From a virus: a DNA stretch of 64,000 nt. Every line of letters begins with the position of its first letter. Positions within the stretch are counted from its first letter, which is position 1. The notes beneath the pieces are model-generated. The model was not told the DNA's origin and did not search any database. It saw only the letters and a list, made by a program, of their open reading frames with translations. Positions 37,834-49,200 of this stretch are shown piece after piece. Where the stretch lies: IMG/VR virus record IMGVR_UViG_3300007609_001079, positions 1 to 64,000 of that record. One strand, given 5' to 3'. The position numbers and the translations under genes were made by a program.

Positions 37834-40214
37834 AGTTCTTGAGGAGTTTTAACAGTAGGTAATGTATCTACGGTAGGAGTTACACCCGGTGGTGTACCAC
37901 CACCGCTTAATCTACCAAGTTCAATATAAATTGAAAAGTTTTTACCACTTGTATCAGATGTAGTTAAATCGATTGTGGTATTAACACTTTGACCTGCACT
38001 TGGTGCAGTTACCTTTAATCTAAAATGAGTTATATATGGTGAAACATCTGGATATTCAGTTAGAAAGTCAATATATGATAAACTTAGTGTAGAAGTTGGT
38101 GATACTATTGAAAAATTACCAAATCCATTTTCCACTACTCTATATGTTACCTCTGCGTTTGTTCTTAATGAAAATGTTAAATATCGGGTATCACTTTCAG
38201 TAGCCGCCCAAAATCCACTTTGAACATACTGACCATTTATACCACCAACTTCCCAACCAGGTCTTTGGGTAGTAGTAGTGGATGGAAAATATAAATATCC
38301 AGTTAAATCCACTGCTTGTTGAACAGTACTTCTTGATTTTACAAAAGTTGTATTGGAATTAAACCACCCGCTTGGAACAGTCATTGAAGCATTTACCCAT
38401 CGAGTTTCATCATTTACCGAAGCCTTAAATCCTCTTGCAAGAGTAACAGGTGTTCCTGAATTTTGTAAAGGAGTATATGTGGTTGTAATTGTTGGATTGC
38501 CCACCGCAGTTACATTTGCAGCTGTTATAGCTCCACTTGAAGCAACACTAAAATTTGTTATAGATACTTGTGCATCACCATATACTCTTGATTCCTGTAT
38601 AGCACTTACAGTTCGTGTAAATGAACCAGGATTCTGATAAGTACTTGGTACATTTACCGTAACATTTACATATCTTGGTGTATTTGTACCAACTAATGGA
38701 AATCCAGCTGCAGCTGAATATGATGTACCTGAATTAAATCCAGTTGTATATGTTATTGTGTATGCAATATTACCAGTAGTTGTAACAGTTGGTACTGAAA
38801 TATCACCAAATTCATCAACATCAAAACCACTAATAGCAATATTTGAATTACTCCAAATAGGTTTAGTAGTTTGCGAAAAAGTTACAGAATCCGATGGACT
38901 ACCATCTAACACAGAAACCGATGCACTACCATTTCGTGTAGATGTTCCTGTATTTTCTAATATTCTTATATAAACTCTATCATCCCCATTACCACTTATA
39001 TTAGCAGTAGTAAATCCACTTGTAGATGAAAGGGATTGTTGATAACCAGTTCCGGTTATATCCGATATCCAATTTGTATTTGATACCACATCAAAGAATT
39101 TAGTTTCCCCTTGTGCACTAAATGAGAGTGTAGATGTTGCAATTGATAATGTTTCAACAAATGCTGCTTGTGATAAGTTTACAGTATCGGATGGACTTCC
39201 ATCAGTAACCGCTACTGAAACTGTTCCTGTTCGTGTAGATGTGTTTGTATTATTCAATGCCCGTATGTAAATAACATCATCTCCATTACCATTTATATTA
39301 GCAGTGGTAAATCCACTTGTTGATGATAGTGATTGTTGGAATCCGGTACCGGATATATTGGAAATCCAATCGGTATTTGATAAAACTGTAAATGATTTAA
39401 CTTGTGAAGTTGATGTAAATGATAATGAACTAATAGCTATTGATAATGTCTCTACAAATCCAGATTGTGTATGTGTTATACTTCTTTCTTGGTTAAAATT
39501 GGTAGTACTTATTGAAAAATTTAATTGAGCGGTTCGTTGTGGGCCTGTATTACTTGCCATAGTTAATGTAAACCTATATCTACTTGTACTTCCTAAATTG
39601 GTTTTAACGGGAGATGATAACGTAAACCCACTACCAATTACCGTACCAGTTACTACAAGAGGATTTGTTACAGTTACATCTTGTGTAAATGAAGTTGTAG
39701 ATGTAGCTATGGTTTGTGCTGTACTTGGAGTTAATACAATAGAAGCTGGATTACCTGCCTGTACTACTGATAATGTACGATATGTATTCCCACCCTGCCC
39801 TATGAATGTAATTGTTGCACTTCGTTCTGTATTACCAAGAGTATTATTAGAAGAAGCTACAAAACTAATACTACCATTATTAGAAGTACTCAAATAAACC
39901 GTATCAGTTTCTAACCAAGCGGGTTTGCCAACCATTAATGTAAATCCATTAGTACTAAAATTGATTGTTTGTGTACTTGTTACATTTGAATATGATAACG
40001 ATGTTGGTGAAATACCAACGGAAGTAGCAGTTAAATTTAAACTTTTATTATAAAAAGAATCAGCTAAAACAATATTACGTGGAGATGCTGCATTATAATT
40101 ATCAATATTGAACACTTGTGCCATTTCTGTAAAGGTGTTTGTATTACCTTTAGAAATAGTAGCTTCATCTTGTAAATCTCTTATACTCAGAGGTCCGCTA
40201 GGTGGTAATGGCAT
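37830..40214 (-). CDS. Tail-fibre-associated adhesin with BACON/Ig-like repeats
   Basis: N-terminal MPLPPSGPLS, Ser/Thr-rich, repeated SNTxW...NTxTSTRxG.V.V...SQ units; translationally coupled to the tail fibre gene. Confidence 0.75.
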   Translation of the reverse strand: MPLPPSGPLSIRDLQDEATISKGNTNTFTEMAQVFNIDNYNAASPRNIVLADSFYNKSLNLTATSVGISPTSLSYSNVTSTQTINFSTNGFTLMVGKPAWLETDTVYLSTSNNGSISFVASSNNTLGNTERSATITFIGQGGNTYRTLSVVQAGNPASIVLTPSTAQTIATSTTSFTQDVTVTNPLVVTGTVIGSGFTLSSPVKTNLGSTSRYRFTLTMASNTGPQRTAQLNFSISTTNFNQERSITHTQSGFVETLSIAISSLSFTSTSQVKSFTVLSNTDWISNISGTGFQQSLSSTSGFTTANINGNGDDVIYIRALNNTNTSTRTGTVSVAVTDGSPSDTVNLSQAAFVETLSIATSTLSFSAQGETKFFDVVSNTNWISDITGTGYQQSLSSTSGFTTANISGNGDDRVYIRILENTGTSTRNGSASVSVLDGSPSDSVTFSQTTKPIWSNSNIAISGFDVDEFGDISVPTVTTTGNIAYTITYTTGFNSGTSYSAAAGFPLVGTNTPRYVNVTVNVPSTYQNPGSFTRTVSAIQESRVYGDAQVSITNFSVASSGAITAANVTAVGNPTITTTYTPLQNSGTPVTLARGFKASVNDETRWVNASMTVPSGWFNSNTTFVKSRSTVQQAVDLTGYLYFPSTTTTQRPGWEVGGINGQYVQSGFWAATESDTRYLTFSLRTNAEVTYRVVENGFGNFSIVSPTSTLSLSYIDFLTEYPDVSPYITHFRLKVTAPSAGQSVNTTIDLTTSDTSGKNFSIYIELGRLSGGGTPPGVTPTVDTLPTVKTPQEL
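38865..39458 (-). repeat. Tandem 297-bp (99-aa) BACON-like duplication
   Basis: Copies at 39162..39458 and 38865..39161 share FVETLSIA, QQSLSSTSGFTTANI, GNGDD, DGSPSD; shared DNA words lie 297 nt apart. Confidence 0.9.
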
Positions 40215-43200
40215 TATTTATCCTTTTTTAAATTTTTGTTTTCTTCTTCTAATTCAATTAATCTATTATTTAGATTTTTTACAGCTTCTAATAGATATAC
40301 AGTTAACTTTTCATACTTAACGCCCATATATCCACCATACATATCACCAACTAATTCTGGCATATTTTCTTTAATTTCTTGCGCAATTACACCAACATCA
40401 TGTCCTTTGGAATTATGTATTTTTTCATATTCAGGTCTCCAATCAAACTCATAACCACCAATTTTATTTATTTTATCAAATGGATTATTAATAGGAATTA
40501 TATTATCCTTCAATCTTTTATCCGATGAATAGTATGCGGTTATATTTCCAGTAGCAGTTATATTTCCACCCACCTCAACCATTGTACCCGATGCTTGTCT
40601 ATCCATTCTAACATATTCAGTAGTAGTTCTTACAACCTGCAATCCTCCACCATTTATTTCAGTTACCGAAACTTCTTTAAATACTCTAACATTTGAGTAT
40701 CCGGCTCCACGTCCTTCGATAGTTAAATCGGCAAAATATCCATTTGGAAGAAATATACTTGAATATATTGGAATATTATATGTAACTAATACTTTACTTC
40801 TTACAGTATATGTACCACCATTAGCATTAAATGTAGTTGCTTGTGGTCCACGGGAACTTGGTATGGTTACAAAATTTCTAGTAGTAACTTCTGATTGAGT
40901 TGAACCAACTAAATCGAGAGCAACCCCATTAAAAACAGATTGTACATGTTGAGCAGCAACATTACCACCACTATCTATTAGTTGTAAATAAATTGTACAT
41001 GAAATTTGAGCATTTCCTACTGTCATGTAATATGAACTTGGGTTTTGACCCGGTATTTCAAGAACTATATTAGCAGATAATGATGCATCGTTACTTGGAT
41101 ATGAATTATCTTGGTTATCAATAGAATCATATGCAAATGTTAAAGTTTGACCAGATAATCCAGATGTACTTATTGTGCCCGCATCATATGAATCTTCTAA
41201 GGTTCCGGTAAACGTAGTTTGATTACTAAATTGAGAAAATCTAGTATCCCCATCATAAACGGTTCCTTCCGGTACGTTTACCGAACCAGCAGTTGTCGCA
41301 CCTAATGCAGATAAATTTGCCGATGAGTTTAAATCTACACGAATTGTAGTACCATCTTGGATTTCAATCGCAGGTCTAGCTGCATTTAAAACAATTTGAT
41401 TCGGTTTATAAATTTTGTCAGATGTGATTATCCAACCACCGATATTACCTAATGTAGATGTGATTTCACCAGAAAAAGTTCCTTCGGCCCCAACAAACGT
41501 AGTACCATTAATCACACCACCGGTAATATTTGCACCGGTAATATTTGCACCGGCTGATATATTTCCTGCAAAGAACGCATCACCACTACTATCTATTCTA
41601 AACGAAGGTGTAGTTATAGTTCCGCCAGTTAAATCAAAATTAGTACCATTTGTTGAAAAATTACTACCATCAGTTACACCACTATAACTATTTGATTGAA
41701 TATTTCCTGTCCTAATTTTATTACCTTGAATGGTTGTGGTATTACTATTTACATCTCCAGCCGCATCACCTGGTCCTAACAAATTTCCAGCTGTCGTACC
41801 CCCAATGGTAACTGTATCTGATATTGTACCGGTAGTTGCGCTAATATTTCCCTTTATCTCTAATGTAGTTCCTGTCCATTTAAGGTAGTTAGTGTTTCCA
41901 TTTTCAAGAGACATTTTATATTCCCCATCACCATCCCTACCAATGAATATACCATCCCCAACCGAATATCCTTGATTTCCTTGTGTATTCGATTGACCTA
42001 ATGAGAAGTAAGGAAAATTATCTCCACCATATAAGGTTATATTTGCTGAAGAAAGTGCACCACTATTATTCGAACCAATATTCAAAGTGTTTCTAACAAA
42101 CGATTCATCAAATATTGCTATCTTTGCAGCTACAAAGAAATCTTCAGTACCTAAATCTTGCCAGAAAGTATTTCCACCTGAAGTAGGAACTTGGTTTGTA
42201 TTAGATTGTAATGTAGCGTAATATCTTCCATCATATAAAACAGCATCTCTTCTTCCATTAGATATATCATATTGGTATGTACGTGATGAATTCCATGGAC
42301 CTGTAAACACAATACCTGGACCGGTTGAACCCTCTGCTATAACTCGTATTGAGTGCGTCTTTTCAATAGCATCTGATTCATTTCCATCTCTATCTTTATA
42401 TGTAACATCAAATGTAATTAGGTTACCAAGTACACTAGCCGGCTTTGCAGCAGTTATTGTACCATCTGAATTTGATGAGGTACCATCTCCATTTGAATCT
42501 GTTAAGTTTGTAATTTTAAAAGTTCCATTTGTAGATAGTGTTGCATCATATGTGTATAATCCAAGAGAATCATATACTTGAACAGAAAATGTATTAGTAT
42601 CTGATATGATATCATTAACATCTACACTAACTTCTTGAGATGGTGGGTTTAATTCTATTGTAACCGCACCCAATCCATCCACACCTTGTTTAGCAACACC
42701 AATGGTAAATGAAATATCTTCACTATCAGAAGTTCCTTCTGAGTTTACATAATTTATTGTAGCAGTACCACTAACCGTTGTAGATGGTGAAGTATCTGCG
42801 GTTATTACACCTAATGATGAAACACTAAATTCAGAAGATAGAGATTCTATTGTGAATTGATATTCACTTGGAGCTCCACTATTTAGGTATGTATAATTTG
42901 TAGTACCTTCTTTTACTGAAATATTAATCTCACTTGGTGTTGACCCAAAATCTATTGTTTGTGATTGTGGTGATACTGTAACCAATACATTAGGTGCAGC
43001 TTTTTTAACTTTAGATAATGCGATTGTATCTGTAATTGTTCGAGGAGTTCCTTCAGAATCTTCTACTGTGGCAGATATTGCAACAGTTGTTGAATCTATA
43101 TTATCACCTAAAGTTCTACCACTTAATGTGATTGTACCACTTAATTCATCAGTAACAATACTTGAAATATCAGATGAAATTGCATCTAAATTTGTAATTG

Positions 43201-46033
43201 TTTTATTAGATGAACTTCCTTCATATTGTTCTTTAACAACAACAATTGAATTACTAAAAGAACCTGTTTGTTCGCCTGTTGATTTAGCAACTACACTTTG
43301 GTCTTTATTACTTGTTTCAATTGAAAGAAGTGGTGCAGCTATTTTTGATTTAGAATAATTTACCTTTTTGGTAAAATCTATTTCAGTTGCATTATCACCA
43401 GCTTTATATCTTATTAAAAGTGTTAAATCTCCACTATCTCCACTCATCGCAGAAATACCATATGAGTTGGAATCTGGGTTAGGGTCATTTGGAGTTACAC
43501 CTGATGATGGGGTTACTGAAACTATATCAAAGGTATTTTTAGTTCCCAATCCTTCACTATGTGAAATAACATTCGAACCAATTCTAACATCAACTGTACC
43601 ATCACCATTATCAAATTCAGTAGAAGTTACATTACCAATTGAATCGGATTTGAATGAGGTATTTTCTGTTGAAAGAACCACCGAGACCCCATCAAAGTTT
43701 ATTACTTTTGAAATGGTAATTTCATCAGATTGTTCTACTCCAAAAACATCCGAGCCAGTAAATTCATATGTAATTTCATCAAAGTTATTTTCTGCAAATG
43801 ATGCAGAAAATTGTAACGCAGATAAGGTATATGTAGTTACACCACTTTCAGTAGAAACCTCAACTAAATCAGGTCCATTTACATTACTTTTATTAATAGT
43901 AATTGGAGTATCAATTGATGCTAAGTTTTTCCTTTGTGCACGAATTGTGATACTCTGTCCACTTGGTTTTGGTGAAAGTGTTGTTGGTTCGTAAATAAAT
44001 TGATTTGCGTTTGAACTAACTAAAAGAGTGGGTGCATTTTCACCATCTTCCAAACGATATATTGTTTCAAATTCTTCAAGTTCCTCAATCGATGCAGTAT
44101 AGATTATAGAGAATACTTCTGGTTTAGGGTCTACACCACCCCACGTTCCTTCAAATGAACCAATAGTAACCAACCCACCATTATTACTTGGATTGGTTAA
44201 ACCACCAGGATATGATACCCAATCCGTTGGTTCGATGTAAACACCATCTTCATCAAATGCACTCGAGAAATATGCAACTGAACCTGTTAAATTTTGGATA
44301 GTAGTTTTAAATTGTATTTGTTGTGATGTAGGACTTGCCGAACCACTTATATATCTAAATGCATTTCTATCCGATTCAAAGGTTAATAATTTTGAAGTTG
44401 TATTAAAATCGTTACCACCATTGAAAGTTTTGGTTGCAACTACATTGACTGGAATGTAATTATTATTTATATCGTAAAACTCGAATCGGAAATCAAATGT
44501 TTCACTTGCAAGTTTTCTTGGTATATCTTGGATTAAGGTAAATTCATCAGGTGAGAATGATGTATCTTGTGCATTCTTTAAAGATACATTTGAGATATAC
44601 CAATCATCTCCTTTGAATTCAAATACCAATTTAGCATCAACATTTTGTTGTGCTATAATATTTTCACTAATAGATTTACGAACCACATAGGAACCATCCG
44701 GAGTAACATCTACAAACGATTGAGTAAATGGACTACCATTATCATATGCTCCACTAAAATAAGCTTTAAGATATTTATCATCTGATATGGACCCACTTAA
44801 TAAAGTTCTAAAGTTTAAAGTGTATTCAACATCTTTAGAAATAGAAAAAGATTGTGAAGTGATTAACTGTTGAATACCACTACCATTATAATCTATTTTA
44901 ACTGCTTGAGATAAAACAGAAGAATCTATTTCAGTTGGGTGGTCTATACTTGTGGTAACCCAATATCTTTCTAAATTAGTTTGGTCAAATCTACCATAAG
45001 ATAATTCAGTATTTTCGGTAGTGGTTATATCACGAAGTAATTCCGTTGATTCTAATCTTGATTCTTGTACAAATTGAAAATCATTTGCAGAACTTCTTGA
45101 TTTACGAAATACCTTAACCCTTGCAACATCACCAACAAAAGTTTTTAATTGAGTAATATCTATTTTAGCAAATGAACCAGTAAGCGCAGATTCTCCAATA
45201 GTTTCACGTTGGAAATCGGTATAAGTAACTGAATATGATTGTGATGTAAAATTATCAACTATATTATTATCGTTGGTATATGGTATATTTACTAAAAGTT
45301 CTCTATCATTAAGAACCTCAATTATATTCGAGGAATATGTAGAACCATCAACATTTACATCGATTGTATTTTCATCAACATCAATATCCCATGTACCCGA
45401 ACTTTTAATTAATTTATAGAAAGTACCCCCACGATAGTTTGTTAAATCGGTTCCTGCGTTTGGTAGTTGAGCAACACCACTAACTTCACCCGTATCAGTA
45501 ACTTGATTAACACTTTTAGTAAAAATAGGTTTTACAAGTTCATCTATGGATACTAATGGTCTTTTGTAAAACCTAACAATAGTTTCGTTGGCAAGGTTTT
45601 TATTTATCTTAAATGTCCTCTCCCACTTAACATTGTAGATACCCCTCCATTCTTCTGGCACGGGTAGTGTTTCACCATTAGGACCTATATAATTTTTTAA
45701 CTCACCAAGAATGGTGATTTTACCTAAGCCTATTGGAGTATCATCATAAACATGAACTGATACTAATTTTGAAGTTCCCTCATAGTATTCGGGTATACCA
45801 TCACCTGGTTCAAAATATACAGGATTTCCTTCAACATCTAATACTTCAATTTTTACCTCAGTAGTTTCTTTTAAAAACTCAGAACCTTCAATTAAAAACC
45901 CATTTTTACCACCAGTATATTGTTCAGTAAATTCAGAAATCCTAAAGTAATCTGAATTAGGATTTTCATCTACCAAAAAAGTTTGGAAATTGGAAAGGTT
46001 TTGAAAGGGTGAAAAAGATTTTATTATTGCCAT
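40214..46033 (-). CDS. Long tail fibre/spike with C-terminal peptidase S74 intramolecular chaperone
   Basis: GNITAYYSSDKRLKDNI...GVIAQE...VKYEKL...LEAVK; beta-helix-like G-x-I-x-A repeats. ATG at 46033 has a GGAG SD and promoter motif, so preferred over TTG at 46069. Confidence 0.85.
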   Translation of the reverse strand: MAIIKSFSPFQNLSNFQTFLVDENPNSDYFRISEFTEQYTGGKNGFLIEGSEFLKETTEVKIEVLDVEGNPVYFEPGDGIPEYYEGTSKLVSVHVYDDTPIGLGKITILGELKNYIGPNGETLPVPEEWRGIYNVKWERTFKINKNLANETIVRFYKRPLVSIDELVKPIFTKSVNQVTDTGEVSGVAQLPNAGTDLTNYRGGTFYKLIKSSGTWDIDVDENTIDVNVDGSTYSSNIIEVLNDRELLVNIPYTNDNNIVDNFTSQSYSVTYTDFQRETIGESALTGSFAKIDITQLKTFVGDVARVKVFRKSRSSANDFQFVQESRLESTELLRDITTTENTELSYGRFDQTNLERYWVTTSIDHPTEIDSSVLSQAVKIDYNGSGIQQLITSQSFSISKDVEYTLNFRTLLSGSISDDKYLKAYFSGAYDNGSPFTQSFVDVTPDGSYVVRKSISENIIAQQNVDAKLVFEFKGDDWYISNVSLKNAQDTSFSPDEFTLIQDIPRKLASETFDFRFEFYDINNNYIPVNVVATKTFNGGNDFNTTSKLLTFESDRNAFRYISGSASPTSQQIQFKTTIQNLTGSVAYFSSAFDEDGVYIEPTDWVSYPGGLTNPSNNGGLVTIGSFEGTWGGVDPKPEVFSIIYTASIEELEEFETIYRLEDGENAPTLLVSSNANQFIYEPTTLSPKPSGQSITIRAQRKNLASIDTPITINKSNVNGPDLVEVSTESGVTTYTLSALQFSASFAENNFDEITYEFTGSDVFGVEQSDEITISKVINFDGVSVVLSTENTSFKSDSIGNVTSTEFDNGDGTVDVRIGSNVISHSEGLGTKNTFDIVSVTPSSGVTPNDPNPDSNSYGISAMSGDSGDLTLLIRYKAGDNATEIDFTKKVNYSKSKIAAPLLSIETSNKDQSVVAKSTGEQTGSFSNSIVVVKEQYEGSSSNKTITNLDAISSDISSIVTDELSGTITLSGRTLGDNIDSTTVAISATVEDSEGTPRTITDTIALSKVKKAAPNVLVTVSPQSQTIDFGSTPSEINISVKEGTTNYTYLNSGAPSEYQFTIESLSSEFSVSSLGVITADTSPSTTVSGTATINYVNSEGTSDSEDISFTIGVAKQGVDGLGAVTIELNPPSQEVSVDVNDIISDTNTFSVQVYDSLGLYTYDATLSTNGTFKITNLTDSNGDGTSSNSDGTITAAKPASVLGNLITFDVTYKDRDGNESDAIEKTHSIRVIAEGSTGPGIVFTGPWNSSRTYQYDISNGRRDAVLYDGRYYATLQSNTNQVPTSGGNTFWQDLGTEDFFVAAKIAIFDESFVRNTLNIGSNNSGALSSANITLYGGDNFPYFSLGQSNTQGNQGYSVGDGIFIGRDGDGEYKMSLENGNTNYLKWTGTTLEIKGNISATTGTISDTVTIGGTTAGNLLGPGDAAGDVNSNTTTIQGNKIRTGNIQSNSYSGVTDGSNFSTNGTNFDLTGGTITTPSFRIDSSGDAFFAGNISAGANITGANITGGVINGTTFVGAEGTFSGEITSTLGNIGGWIITSDKIYKPNQIVLNAARPAIEIQDGTTIRVDLNSSANLSALGATTAGSVNVPEGTVYDGDTRFSQFSNQTTFTGTLEDSYDAGTISTSGLSGQTLTFAYDSIDNQDNSYPSNDASLSANIVLEIPGQNPSSYYMTVGNAQISCTIYLQLIDSGGNVAAQHVQSVFNGVALDLVGSTQSEVTTRNFVTIPSSRGPQATTFNANGGTYTVRSKVLVTYNIPIYSSIFLPNGYFADLTIEGRGAGYSNVRVFKEVSVTEINGGGLQVVRTTTEYVRMDRQASGTMVEVGGNITATGNITAYYSSDKRLKDNIIPINNPFDKINKIGGYEFDWRPEYEKIHNSKGHDVGVIAQEIKENMPELVGDMYGGYMGVKYEKLTVYLLEAVKNLNNRLIELEEENKNLKKDK

Positions 46034-46053
46034 TGAGTATTCTCCATATACAC

Positions 46054-46063
46054 TATAAATATA
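46054..46063 (-). promoter_or_regulatory. TATATTTATA putative late promoter of the tail fibre operon
   Basis: Exact 10-mer ~21 nt upstream of ATG 46033. Confidence 0.7.
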
Positions 46064-46081
46064 CCTCAAAAAAAGTTATAA

Positions 46082-46091
46082 TATATTTATA
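46082..46091 (+). promoter_or_regulatory. TATATTTATA promoter motif, divergent, upstream of the RHH gene
   Basis: Same 10-mer on the plus strand, ~27 nt upstream of ATG 46118. Confidence 0.7.
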
Positions 46092-46118
46092 CATAGAAAT
46101 ACATAGAAAGTTATAGAA
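46091..46118 (+). repeat. Three ATAGAA direct repeats at 10-bp period (putative operator)
   Basis: ATAGAA at 46093, 46103 and 46113; the first two extend to TACATAGAAA. Confidence 0.65.
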
Positions 46119-46276
46119 TGAGAAAATATACTACAATACAGATACAAAAAGAAACCCATGAACTCTTACAAGAATATTGTAAGGAACATGGGTATAAATT
46201 AAGCGGATTGGTAGAATCGTTAATTAAACAAAGATGTACTCAATCTCGTAATGTTCTTCCGGTCACTAAAACTTAA
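46118..46276 (+). CDS. 52-aa ribbon-helix-helix DNA-binding protein
   Basis: Hand translation MRKYTTIQIQKETHELLQEYCKEHGYKLSGLVESLIKQRCTQSRNVLPVTKT: alternating beta strand, helix, G-turn, S-capped helix. Below the ORF-track cutoff. Confidence 0.8.
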   Translation: MRKYTTIQIQKETHELLQEYCKEHGYKLSGLVESLIKQRCTQSRNVLPVTKT

Positions 46277-49200
46277 CATGAGAGAAACCTTCTACTTTTT
46301 TAATTTCAATTAAATTATCTACCACATCTCGCATGGAATCGATATGGGAGATAATCATGACGAAATCAAACTGTGTTTTAAGGTAGGTAAACAGCATAAA
46401 GAGTGATTGTAGGTTCTCACTATCTAAAGTTCCAAATCCTTCATCTATCACGAGAAAATTAGGTCGTGGTAGGTTACATACGTTGATTAGAGCAACTCTA
46501 ATCGCAAGACCACTAATAAACCTCTCCATACCACTACACATTTCTAAACTCCATCTCTGGTCTCCATATACAAGGTAGGCGTTGATATTCTTACCATCAA
46601 TCTCTAACTGCATTCCAAAATCAACAATCTGACCTAAGATGTTATTTACCTCACCTTCAATCATTGGAAGTGATTTCTCAATGAGTTCATAACTCACACC
46701 ATCTTTAGAAAGAGCGTTTAGATAATAATCAAATAATTTAGATTGTTGTTCTAAATCCTTTACTTCACTAATTCGTTCTTGTATAGATTCTTTTTGATTT
46801 TGTAATGCAGATACTTTACCATTTAAAGTTAGAATATCTTTATTAACCTTTTTTAAATCATTTTTAACAATATCTAATTTTGAACGAACTTCTGAAATTT
46901 GACTTCTAATTTCTTTATTTTGTTTTATTTGTTCTTCGTTCTTATAATATTCTTCAATTAGTTGTTTTTGTTGTACAACTTGAGTATCTAAACGAATTTC
47001 TTCGGTTTCGGTTGTTGATAACTTGTTGATAAGTTGTGAGATTTCCCTATCTAATTTATCCTCCTTTTCCTTGACTTCCTTATACTTAACATACTCATCC
47101 TCGATATCTTTAAGTTCTTGTAATGATTGAGAAATTATTTGAATTCCCTCGTTGAATTTAACCAAGTGTAATTCACCATCTTGGATTTGAGAATCTACAC
47201 TTGCCTTTTGTTCTAATATAGTTTGAGAGTTATCCATACACACATCACAATTTTCATTGTATCTGTGTTTATCCAAATGTTCTTTCCTTTCTCTTAGGGA
47301 TTCTAATTTAATTTGAATTTTATCTACTTCGGATTCTGCCCTTTGAAGTTTTGTTTTTCCTTCTTGGATTTTTTGAATACCATTTTCTAACTTTTCCTCA
47401 TCATATGTATCTAAAATTTCTTCCAACGTAAGCTGTAATTCTTCTCTATGAGTTATAAGTTCTTGAGTAGAACTCTTTTTGGTTTTTACCTCATCTAATT
47501 TAGATTCTAATATCTTCAATCGAGATTCCAATTCCTCAATAGATACACCACTATCTGCGTTTAATTTTACTATTTTAGAATTTAAGTAAATGATTTGTTT
47601 ATTTAATCCATCTTCTTCAGTTGTTAATGATGATTGATTAATTTCTAAAAGGTTGTATTCAGATTTATCAGTTTTTAATTGTGTATCGATATTAGCCAAC
47701 TTTGTCGTAAAATCATCGGACTTGAATTTTCTGATAAGTGTTGCATTATCTCTATTCTCATCTGATGCCTTTTGGTATAATTTATCAAAGATATCTACAC
47801 CAATAAATTGAGAAAGTATTTCTTTTCTTTCTGATTGTGATTTATCAATAAAGAGTGCATTGTTTCCTTGTAAAGATAAGGTAGTTAAAACAAAATCTTC
47901 AAACTTACCTAAATACTTTTCAATATTCTGATTGGTTTCTCTCCTTTGTTCTCCATTGAGTGAAGTTATAACACCTCCACTTTCAGACCAGAAATTTACA
48001 TCTACTTTTACTGCTGTTTTCTTTCTAACATACTTAGCAGTTCGTTCAATGAAGTAATCTACCCCATCAATTTCAAAGTTAAATTTACAATAGAATTTAT
48101 CTGAACGATTATTTAAGATATTCTTTGCAACATTAGTTTTAGATGTTTTATCATAAATTACAAACGATAATGCATCGAATAAAGAAGATTTACCACTTGC
48201 GTTCGGAGCAAAAATTCCAACGATTCCTTGTGCATTATCAAACTTTATTTTGTTTCCTTCACCATATGAGAACATATTAGAAAACTCTAAAGTTTTTGGT
48301 GTCCAAAGAATATTACCCATTGAATCTGAATCATCAATTTGAGTATTTAAATCTTTATTAATATCTGTTATTTTATCTAATTCACCTTCTTCTAACAAAT
48401 ATTGTCTTTCTAAGTAATCACGAATTAATTGGTTTTGAAAAGTTTCATCTTTTACGTTACCAACGATGTTTTTGTTTACCTTTTGGTTTGTTTTTAACTG
48501 ACCTATTGTATCTGTTCTTGTTACTGTAACCTCTGCAACCTTGAATAGTTTTTTCAATTCGGTGATACGAAGTTTCATATCACTTGGTTCGGTATTGGTA
48601 AATCTCAATCTTAAACGAGGATACTTTGGAAGTTTAGTATCAACTTCATCGTAAACCCATTGTGGAATTTGACCATCAATTACATCGACAGTTAAGAACC
48701 CATAATCATTATGAATATGATGTTCGGTGAAAGTACGAGTAGGTACATCCCACAATAAGTAACCATGATTTTCTAATAGTTCACCATGATTCTGTTGAAC
48801 CATAGAACCTGCATAAGCAACCCACTCATAACCTTCACCGAAAGTTTGTCTTTTGTGAATATCACCTAACATTGCCATATCGAACCCATCAAACATATCT
48901 ACTTGGAATGAGTTTGAAGAGACAGTATAACCAATATCAGTTTGTGCTTTGTTTACAGGTCCATGGAATAAAACAATTTTATTTTCACCTTCTACATCTT
49001 TACCTTTAGGCCAGTTTTCCTTATCATCTAAGATAGAATAAACCACAAAGGTAAGGTTGTGTATGTTATACACTCCAGTATCCCTTAGATAGTGGATACG
49101 TGAGTTGTTGAGGTTTTCAACAATAGGTGTAAGAACATCTAACCTATGATTGTTATTTAAATTACAATCGTGATTACCTGTGATTAAGATAGTTTCTCGT

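Noticed and set aside
46034-46069. TTG start giving a 1951-aa fibre
   Set aside because: This stretch holds the promoter motif and the GGAG SD for ATG 46033.
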